IMG/VR virus record: IMGVR_UViG_3300030376_000574
Location: 1 to 34,124 of that record
Source: a virus
Lineage: Duplodnaviria; Caudoviricetes
DNA: 34,124 bases
Direction: 5' to 3' (one strand)
Part shown: piece by piece, positions 27,538 through 34,124 of the stretch
Position numbering within the stretch: the first letter of the stretch is position 1
Layout: the number at the start of each line of letters is the position of its first letter
The notes under the pieces: generated by a model
The model's database searches: none
Seen by the model: the letters and a program-made list of their open reading frames with translations, nothing else
Told to the model about the DNA's origin: nothing
Made by a program: the position numbers and the translations under genes

Positions 27538-28182
27538 ATGGCTAAGAGATTTACAGACACAGATAAGTGGAAGAAAGGTTTTATGAGAAACCTACCCACT
27601 AAATATAAACTGCTATGGTTATATATACTAGACGATTGTAACCACGCAGGAGTATGGGAAACAGACTTTGAGGTAGCCTCAATAAGAATAGGTAGTAAGA
27701 TTAGCGAGAAAGAAGCTATAAAACATTTTGCATCTCAGATAAGAATCTTTGACGAAGGCGACAGATGGTTTGTTCCAAAGTTTATAGAGTTTCAGTATGG
27801 TGAGTTAAACGCTAACTCAAGACCTCATCAAGCAGTTATTAAGTTAATTGAGAAATATGACTTATACAACTTAAAAGGCGTAAACCTTACTGAGACATCT
27901 GAAACTGCTAAACCTGCCTTAAAACGCTTTAAAAAGCCATCTATGGAAGAATTAGAGCTATATTGTCAGGAGAGACAAAATAAGGTAGATATATTTAAGT
28001 TCTATAACTTTTATGAAAGTAATGGTTGGAAGGTTGGTAAGAATCCTATGAAAGATTGGAGAGCATCTATAAGGACGTGGGAGTCTAACACTAAAAGCAA
28101 AACCACAGAAGGTAAACTGCAGAGCCAAATAAATGCTTGGCAAGGAGCTAAAGAGATAATTAAAAAACAAATGAATAAATAA
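27538..28182 (+). CDS. Replication initiator/replisome organiser
   Basis: MAKRFTDTDKW...WLYILDDCNHAGVW wHTH-like N-terminus; FKKPS...FYNFYESNGWKVGKNPMKDWRASIRTWE C-terminal domain. Confidence 0.8.
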   Translation: MAKRFTDTDKWKKGFMRNLPTKYKLLWLYILDDCNHAGVWETDFEVASIRIGSKISEKEAIKHFASQIRIFDEGDRWFVPKFIEFQYGELNANSRPHQAVIKLIEKYDLYNLKGVNLTETSETAKPALKRFKKPSMEELELYCQERQNKVDIFKFYNFYESNGWKVGKNPMKDWRASIRTWESNTKSKTTEGKLQSQINAWQGAKEIIKKQMNK

Positions 28183-28189
28183 AACAAGT

Positions 28190-28256
28190 TATTACGATTG
28201 AGGGCATAAAGGCGATTTTGCCATAACAGTTAATACTCTTGCTCTCTTTCGTAATA
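28190..28256 (+). other. Branched stem-loop element B
   Basis: TATTACGA/TCGTAATA and GAGGGCA/TGCTCTC stems enclosing GGC..GCC and TAAC/GTTA inverted repeats. Confidence 0.55.
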
Positions 28257-28271
28257 TTAAAAATAAATAAT

Positions 28272-28541
28272 ATGAAAGCACAATTAGTAAGTACAAATGG
28301 TGACGTTAAAAGCGTAAAACCAAAAAACAATAAAACATTTAGTCTTAAGGAGTTACAGTCATATGTAGATGGTTACATACAGATTTTAAAAACAAGAGAC
28401 GAAAGGATAATGATAATAAATGAAGAAGGTAAATTAAATAACTTGCCCTACAATGAAATTGCTAGTAGCCTATACATATATGGTATGCAAGACCCTGTAG
28501 TTGGTGATGTTTTAGTTATGGACAAACAAATGATTAACTAA
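28272..28541 (+). CDS. DUF3846-like protein
   Basis: LKELQSYVDGYIQ...INEEGKL..LPYN..AS...VVGDVL; ATG28272 preferred. Confidence 0.75.
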   Translation: MKAQLVSTNGDVKSVKPKNNKTFSLKELQSYVDGYIQILKTRDERIMIINEEGKLNNLPYNEIASSLYIYGMQDPVVGDVLVMDKQMIN

Positions 28542-28903
28542 TGCTTATACAACAAGAAAATAAAGAAGATTTAACTTATAAATGCGTAGACTTGATAAGT
28601 AAAACATTTGTAGAGTTAGGACAATCTAAACCACAAGAGGAAATAGCATTACTTGCACAATCTTTAGCAGAAGATTTAAAAAGAGATTTTAAATCATTAA
28701 TGTATAAAGACATAGAAAATGCCTTTAGAAATGGTGTGCGTAATACAGATTTATTTGCTCTTAATGTAAAGACATACTATACTTGGATAAAGTCTTGGAG
28801 AGCTATTATATGGGACGCTGAGTACCAAGTAAAAAGTCAAGGGAAAGACCCTAAAACTGTATTACATTACAGACCTCAACCTAAATTATTAACTAATAAA
28901 TAA
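28541..28903 (+). CDS. Hypothetical protein (possible helicase-loader-like)
   Basis: Downstream of the initiator; IENAFRNG motif. Function inferred from position only. Confidence 0.5.
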   Translation: MLIQQENKEDLTYKCVDLISKTFVELGQSKPQEEIALLAQSLAEDLKRDFKSLMYKDIENAFRNGVRNTDLFALNVKTYYTWIKSWRAIIWDAEYQVKSQGKDPKTVLHYRPQPKLLTNK

Positions 28904-28906
28904 ATT

Positions 28907-29131
28907 ATGATATTCTTAGACATTATACAACCAATACTAATGATAATAACTTGCATAGGAGCAGGTTTCTTTTTAGGATTTTTTTCTTTTATGTTTACCT
29001 TTAAACACGAAAGAAACAACTTAGAAGATAACATTAAAAAGTTTGATAAGAAAATAAAAAAAATGAGTACATTAACAGGAGGATTAGAAAATGATAGAAT
29101 TAATGAGAGACCACGAAGACCTTCTAAATAA
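28907..29131 (+). CDS. Membrane protein
   Basis: N-terminal hydrophobic helix. Confidence 0.6.
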   Translation: MIFLDIIQPILMIITCIGAGFFLGFFSFMFTFKHERNNLEDNIKKFDKKIKKMSTLTGGLENDRINERPRRPSK

Positions 29132-29309
29132 AAATTATAAAGACAAAATTCACTTGCTAAAAGTTTTGTTAAAAGATGATTTTTCTACATTTTTGTTTGT
29201 TGCAAATATGTATATAACAAATAAAAGTGTAGACATAAAAGCCTTTAACAGCTTGTTAAACAAGGGTTTAAAAAATAATTATAAATATAATAAACAACAA
29301 AATGACTGA
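29091..29309 (+). CDS. Hypothetical protein
   Basis: Overlapping ORF in the operon. Confidence 0.5.
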   Translation: MIELMRDHEDLLNKNYKDKIHLLKVLLKDDFSTFLFVANMYITNKSVDIKAFNSLLNKGLKNNYKYNKQQND

Positions 29310-29565
29310 ACACAATAAATATTACTACCAATACGATAGAAACATAGACACTACAAAAGAAGATAGTAGAATACCTAATTACTATGTAGGTAAACATCAC
29401 GGTTACGAAGCACGTAAAGTTGTTGAAGATTTTGAACTTTCATACAATATTGGTACAGCCACGACTTACTTGCTTAGAAGTTCTAACAAGCATAAGTCAC
29501 CTGAAGAATGTATAAAGAAGGCAATAGCTCATTTAGAATTTGAGCTTGAAAGACTAAAATTATAA
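29302..29565 (+). CDS. DUF3310-like (T7 gp1.7 nucleotide-kinase-like) protein
   Basis: PNYY...EA...YNIGTATTYLLRS..K...IKKAIAHL. Confidence 0.7.
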   Translation: MTEHNKYYYQYDRNIDTTKEDSRIPNYYVGKHHGYEARKVVEDFELSYNIGTATTYLLRSSNKHKSPEECIKKAIAHLEFELERLKL

Positions 29566-29804
29566 TGGTAAGCCCTATCTATAGAGTTATTATAGAGTAT
29601 GGATACCGTAAAAAAGGTAGCACAAGACGTCATCAATTCAAAATAATTGATACATTTGTTACAACTAAAGATGTTGAGTTAATTAAAAAAAACGAAACAA
29701 TAAGACAGAGAATACTAAGAGATACTAAAACTAAACATAAAGACCTAGACATATTGTTCAAAAATATATATATAGAAGGTCAATATGGAAACACAAACTA
29801 TTAA
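29565..29804 (+). CDS. Hypothetical protein
   Basis: Coupled ORF. Confidence 0.6.
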   Translation: MVSPIYRVIIEYGYRKKGSTRRHQFKIIDTFVTTKDVELIKKNETIRQRILRDTKTKHKDLDILFKNIYIEGQYGNTNY

Positions 29805-29807
29805 ATT

Positions 29808-30047
29808 ATGATTATATTTATACTAATTATTACATTTTACACAATTTATTTAAACATAAAAATCAGAGAATTTGAGCAATATGTTGAAGATGAATTAGAT
29901 GACCTACATTTACAACAAGAGGATAACAAATTAAAGTTATACAACAAGATGATGGAATGGAGGAAAGAATTAAAGAATGAGAAACCAAGAAGAAGAAGTA
30001 CAAAAAGCAGTCGTTCAGTATCTAAAACTAAAGTATCCAAAGATTAG
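29808..30047 (+). CDS. Membrane-anchored coiled-coil protein
   Basis: N-terminal hydrophobic segment. Confidence 0.55.
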   Translation: MIIFILIITFYTIYLNIKIREFEQYVEDELDDLHLQQEDNKLKLYNKMMEWRKELKNEKPRRRSTKSSRSVSKTKVSKD

Positions 30048-30351
30048 GTACTGTGCTAGCTTAGGAGGTATTAGAACGTCTTTTAAACAGGCTGTTAAGG
30101 CTAAAGCCACAGGCTATGTTAAAGGATTCCCTGATTTACAGATATGTATGCCCACTAGGGAGGGGGGTATAGGAGGGGGGGGGTATCACGGACTTTTTCT
30201 TGAAATAAAAAAGGACAAAAAATCATACCCTACAAAAGAACAGAAAGAATGGATAGCATACTTAAACGACGTAGGGTATTGTGCAAGAGTAACAAAAGGT
30301 GTAGATGAATCCATTCAAGTTATTGACGACTATTTAAACAACAAACTATGA
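29977..30351 (+). CDS. VRR-NUC family nuclease
   Basis: EEEVQ...GYVKGFPDL...GLFLEIK...QKEWI..L...GY PD-(D/E)xK pattern. Confidence 0.85.
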   Translation: MRNQEEEVQKAVVQYLKLKYPKIRYCASLGGIRTSFKQAVKAKATGYVKGFPDLQICMPTREGGIGGGGYHGLFLEIKKDKKSYPTKEQKEWIAYLNDVGYCARVTKGVDESIQVIDDYLNNKL

Positions 30352-30548
30352 GTATTAACGTATACGAAAGAAAAGACAGACGAGGTGGTGGATATGCTAA
30401 ACGTAAGTTTACATACGAAGAAGCCCAACAAATAAGATTAGATTACGAAACAGGTACATATACGCAAGAGCAGATAGCTATTAAGTATGACGTAAGCCAA
30501 TCGTTAATAAATAAGATATTAAGACGCAAGACATATGTAAAAGAATAA
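30348..30548 (+). CDS. HTH DNA-binding protein
   Basis: YTQEQIAIKYDVSQSLINKI. Confidence 0.75.
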   Translation: MSINVYERKDRRGGGYAKRKFTYEEAQQIRLDYETGTYTQEQIAIKYDVSQSLINKILRRKTYVKE

Positions 30549-30572
30549 AGATTTGTTTTTTGTTTTTGTGTG

Positions 30573-30611
30573 AAAAAAAGTCAGGAGCTAAAAAGTTTTT
30601 GGCTTTTTTTT
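30573..30611 (+). terminator. Intrinsic terminator
   Basis: AAGTCAGGAGCT/AGTTTTTGGCTT stem that needs G-U pairs on the + strand, followed by a T tract. Confidence 0.65.
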
Positions 30612-30622
30612 ATTTTTTATTT

Positions 30623-30659
30623 TGAAACTGCTCTGAAACTGCCAACCCCTTGAAACTGC
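30623..30659. repeat. Three TGAAACTGC direct repeats
   Basis: Copies at 30623, 30634 and 30651. Confidence 0.8.
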
Positions 30660-30712
30660 TAGGTATGCTTACTAGCCCTATATGGGTAATTTTTCCTCAA
30701 ATTTTTTTACTG

Positions 30713-30789
30713 TGCGTGCATAATATATGCGTGCATAATATATGCGTGCATAGTATTTAGAGCTGTTTTTATTATGCGTGCATAGTATT
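30713..30789. repeat. 15-bp repeat TGCGTGCATARTATW, four copies
   Basis: Tandem at 30713, 30728 and 30743; fourth copy at 30775. Confidence 0.9.
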
Positions 30790-30968
30790 TTATAAAATTT
30801 AACATAATAATAATAATTTCCATTTTAAAGCCTTTTAAAGCTATTTCATATAGCTATAATATATAGACATTAAAAGTTTTTGTTATTGCAATAGGCAAAT
30901 TTTACTAGAGAAGAATTTTTGACTTTTTTACTAATTAACAAAATATTGTTAAAAAAGTATATAAATAA

Positions 30969-31000
30969 TTTTATTATATCAAATAAAAAACTTACATTTG
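30969..31000 (+). promoter_or_regulatory. Probable early promoter
   Basis: TACATTTG (30993-31000) with an imperfect -33 box (AAATAATTTT). Confidence 0.6.
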
Positions 31001-31027
31001 TGTATTATTTAACTAAAAAATTATATT

Positions 31028-31258
31028 ATGAAAAATTATATTTTAACTAACAAATTAACAGGGGTTAAGGAGTTAATGAATTACGCAGATTTGCAAAACA
31101 GAATAAGCAGAAATAGAAAAGATTTTTTCAAAACTTATTTTGTAGAAGTAGAAACAAAAACGCCACTAATAGAAAAACTTTTGCTAGCTCTTTTTATAGG
31201 CGTGTCATCTATTGCGCTAGGTTCTTTATTTCTTGAAGGGTTTATTTACTTTATTTGA
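31028..31258 (+). CDS. Small protein with C-terminal transmembrane helix
   Basis: LLLALFIGVSSIALGSLFL. Confidence 0.65.
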   Translation: MKNYILTNKLTGVKELMNYADLQNRISRNRKDFFKTYFVEVETKTPLIEKLLLALFIGVSSIALGSLFLEGFIYFI

Positions 31259-31283
31259 TTACTAATTAAAACACATTAAAAAA

Positions 31284-32447
31284 ATGAAAACACAGAATAT
31301 AATATTAGATTCAATTAACTATCTTAAAAACTTTGTGCCTACTCATAAAGAGTTTAACACATATAAACATATAGGGCGTGCGGTCTCTAATCCTTTGAAC
31401 GTCTCTTATATATCACAGGGTAAAATAAATGCAATAAAAGAGCATACAGGCGGCATAATAGGCAACAGACCTACAAAGGAGCAGCGCAAAAAATACTTCA
31501 CGCAAACAAGTATAAACAAACTATTAAAAAAATTGTTTGTTATTAATACAAGTGAAGAAAGCAAAAAACTAGAGACAATATCGCAAGAAGTGGACGACTT
31601 TTTAAAGTCTTCATTAGATTATGAATTTAAAATTTTTGATAATGTTCCAGAATTTTATGCTAATGAAGCCGCAAATTATAACGGCTCATGCATGGCTGGT
31701 AAACCTATTGAATATTTTGAAATTTATGATTTGATTAATCAGAGTAAAAAAGTTAACGTAAAAATGGCGGCTTTTGTTAGTGGTGACGAGATATTAGCAA
31801 GGGCGTTAATTTGGTGCGATACTACCAGAATTAACAAAGTATGCGAGGATAGCGGCGATATATTAGAGACAAACGAAACAAAAATTTATTATTTAGATAG
31901 AATATATATAAACAATAAGTTGCAAAATGTTTGTTTTTCTGAGATGCAATATAAACTTTTTAAAGCAGTTAAAAGAGCATATAAAACAGATTATTTACCT
32001 TGCTACAATAAAAGCCACATTGAAAGCTATATATTAAATAAATACCAGCACACAGACACAGAAAAATTCAAATTTATGTGTAATAGGTCAACACCAAAAT
32101 TTGTCATTTCTTTAGATTATGACGAAGTAATGAATTGTCACGCTTTCCCATATTTAGATACTTTTCGTTATATGGACGAAGATGGTTATCTAGGTTATAC
32201 AGAAGACGACGTAAGAATAATATTTGACCAAACAAACGGAGATTATACCGAGGCGGGCAAATGCTGTGATAATTGCGGCGACACTATGCACAGAGAAGAC
32301 GAAATATATTCAGACCTAGACGATGAATATTTATGTAATGACTGCGCAATATATATTGATGAAAGGGGCGAATATTGCAACGAATCTAACGCTGTTTATA
32401 ATGATTATAGCGGTCAATATCATTACGCCCACGACTTAGACCGATAA
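31284..32447 (+). CDS. Uncharacterised early phage protein (SCM...ARALIW...DRIY...FPYLDTF) with zinc-ribbon tail
   Basis: Motifs visible in the translation; CDNC...CNDC in an acidic C-terminus. Confidence 0.7.
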   Translation: MKTQNIILDSINYLKNFVPTHKEFNTYKHIGRAVSNPLNVSYISQGKINAIKEHTGGIIGNRPTKEQRKKYFTQTSINKLLKKLFVINTSEESKKLETISQEVDDFLKSSLDYEFKIFDNVPEFYANEAANYNGSCMAGKPIEYFEIYDLINQSKKVNVKMAAFVSGDEILARALIWCDTTRINKVCEDSGDILETNETKIYYLDRIYINNKLQNVCFSEMQYKLFKAVKRAYKTDYLPCYNKSHIESYILNKYQHTDTEKFKFMCNRSTPKFVISLDYDEVMNCHAFPYLDTFRYMDEDGYLGYTEDDVRIIFDQTNGDYTEAGKCCDNCGDTMHREDEIYSDLDDEYLCNDCAIYIDERGEYCNESNAVYNDYSGQYHYAHDLDR

Positions 32448-32480
32448 ACAAAAAACGAATACTAACCAAACCACACGCCT

Positions 32481-32567
32481 ATGAGCAAAAGCAATTTTGA
32501 CAGCATACCATTTAACGATTATACTATCTCTTTGATATTTATATTATTCTTGTTATTTGGTTGTTAA
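32481..32567 (+). CDS. 28-aa hydrophobic peptide (not in ORF track)
   Basis: MSKSNFDSIPFNDYTISLIFILFLLFGC*; has an ACTAAC leader and is followed by a hairpin. Confidence 0.45.
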   Translation: MSKSNFDSIPFNDYTISLIFILFLLFGC

Positions 32568-32574
32568 ATAATAA

Positions 32575-32610
32575 GCGGCAGGTGTTAAAAGCCTGCTGCA
32601 AATTATTTTA
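32575..32610 (+). terminator. Probable terminator hairpin
   Basis: GCGGCAGGT/GCCTGCTGC stem; weak U-tract. Confidence 0.5.
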
Positions 32611-33177
32611 ATTTGTTGAAATTAATTTGTAAGAAAAGTTATTATTTGATTGCTTTTTCTTTTGATTTACACAAGTTTTTAGCCACAAACTTATTAAAAA
32701 ACAAAAAAAAGTTATTAAAAAAAGATTTTTAGCAAGATTTGCATAAAATTTCTGTGATTTTGGAGTAAAAAAAGGAGTTTTTGCAAATTCCGTAATTTTT
32801 ATATATATACCTCTTTATACCAACACACGCCCACACAAGAAACCCAAATCCAATTTCATAATTAGATATTATATGTTATTTTTGGTGGGAGTAGTTGTAT
32901 GGTTAGTTTACCTATTTTAAATTTGAACATAATGTTGATTTTTATGGGAAGGTTATCAAATATGCTAGTTGCGATATGAGCAACAGCGTATTCTATAGGA
33001 ATCCAAAGGTATAGTAAAATATTTTAAATATTCAGCAGTTTTTGGAAGTGAGTTTATAATAAAATGTAGTATTTCAATTTCATAATATAGATTGGATTAA
33101 AATTTCTTTAAATTTCTTGTTGTAATTCAATTAAATTGTTTTATTTGTGTTCTTAACAGAAAAAATATACATATACA

Positions 33178-33480
33178 ATGGGAGAACCAATCGTTAACAA
33201 TCAGACCGCACCATCATTAGAAGCAATAGCAGGAATAGAAAGTTTAGGACAAGCAGATAATGTAGAGGTATTTACAACTACTGCTCAGACAGGAAAAGAT
33301 TTTTATGCAATATATTTTGTAACAGAAAGTGTGATATCTTCAATTTCATCAGACCAAGCAACAGGAGAAGATGCACTTGTAACAACAATACCTGCAGGAA
33401 TGACATTATTTATGAGAGTGCAAAGCATTACATTAACTTCAGGATTAGCAATAGGATATAACAAATATACATTAGGATAA
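33178..33480 (+). CDS. Hypothetical virion protein
   Basis: TIPAGMTLF...SITLTSG.AIGY small beta protein directly before the fibre gene. Confidence 0.65.
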   Translation: MGEPIVNNQTAPSLEAIAGIESLGQADNVEVFTTTAQTGKDFYAIYFVTESVISSISSDQATGEDALVTTIPAGMTLFMRVQSITLTSGLAIGYNKYTLG

Positions 33481-34124
33481 ATGCTAACATTAGGCAACAA
33501 GCTTACTCTTAACAGTCAGCCTATATACAAATTTGTCAACGAACATTCTATTGACTTTGATGGAGTAGATGATAGGATTATTACTGATGGTGCAGATACA
33601 GTTGCACAACCTACTACTTATTCTTTTTGGTGTAAGTCAAGTGATACAGGTGTAAATAATGGTGTGTTTGGACACGGAAGCGACAGAATAGGTGCTTTTC
33701 ATTTCAATAGAAATGCAGATAGACCTCAATTATTTTTAGGTACAAATTATTTGGTTATTTGGAATGATACATCTGCACAAGATGATGGAGAGTGGCATCA
33801 TTGGGTAGTTTATGCAGATACTAACGACATAACTAATTCTAAGTTGTATGTAGATGGTGTATTGCAATCACAAAGTTTTGTTACTTCATCAGGAAGTTTA
33901 AATGCTTACACAGAATCATTAACTATAGGTTCAGACAGACAAGTAGGTGGTAATAGTTTTGAAGGGCAGATAGATGAGTTTGCTGTTTACGATAGAGAAC
34001 TCACACAAGCAGAGATTACTCGTATGTATAATACTTACTACTCTCCAAACAGAGTAGCTAATGGTAACTTTAGTCAGATAGGAAACGAAGAAGTAACTAA
34101 TGGAGATTTTAGTCAGATAGGTTC
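33481..34124 (+). CDS. LamG-domain tail fibre protein, N-terminal part (3'-truncated; not in ORF track)
   Basis: MLTLGNKL...SIDFDGVDD...DGEWHHWVV...KLYVDG...FEGQIDEFAVYDRELTQAEI, open to the window end. Confidence 0.85.
   Translation, partial: MLTLGNKLTLNSQPIYKFVNEHSIDFDGVDDRIITDGADTVAQPTTYSFWCKSSDTGVNNGVFGHGSDRIGAFHFNRNADRPQLFLGTNYLVIWNDTSAQDDGEWHHWVVYADTNDITNSKLYVDGVLQSQSFVTSSGSLNAYTESLTIGSDRQVGGNSFEGQIDEFAVYDRELTQAEITRMYNTYYSPNRVANGNFSQIGNEEVTNGDFSQIG

Noticed and set aside
30713-30789. Possible mini-CRISPR array
   Set aside because: Repeats are 15 bp and mostly abut with no spacers; no cas genes.
1802-33500. All minus-strand ORFs in the track
   Set aside because: Short, antisense to well-supported + strand genes and without motifs; treated as shadow ORFs.
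1-34124. Diversity-generating retroelement acting on the fibre
   Set aside because: No reverse transcriptase, and no template/variable repeat pair differing at adenines was seen.
1-34124. Alternative genetic code
   Set aside because: Genes tile densely under the standard code with intact conserved proteins.

Overview
This window is most of the genome of a tailed dsDNA phage, probably siphovirus-like. Every credible gene is on the + strand. The host is most likely Bacteroidota (Flavobacteriia-like): the DNA is AT-rich, translation leaders are A-rich without Shine-Dalgarno sites, and several promoters match TTTG-N19-20-TAnnTTTG. Gene order is LamG/CBM fibre (split across the two window ends), terminase, frameshifted tail chaperone, tail proteins, tape measure, ClpP-type protease, major capsid, tail tube, portal, adaptor and lysis genes. 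These are followed by a metallophosphoesterase, a putative origin, replication/early genes (SSB-like, M28-like peptidase, replication initiator, DUF3846, DUF3310-like, VRR-NUC), a repeat-rich non-coding region and an early cassette. I recognised no integrase, polymerase, helicase, reverse transcriptase, CRISPR array or tRNA. Main leads: (1) a self-contained ~80-nt candidate sRNA antisense to the translation-start regions of the peptidase gene and the 'SCM/DRIY' gene; (2) an origin-like segment that reads like the iteron/KDKDK linker missing from the initiator gene; (3) two similarly built branched RNA hairpins after replication genes; (4) a -1 frameshift chaperone next to the terminase. All family assignments come from recognising motifs by eye, not from database searches.
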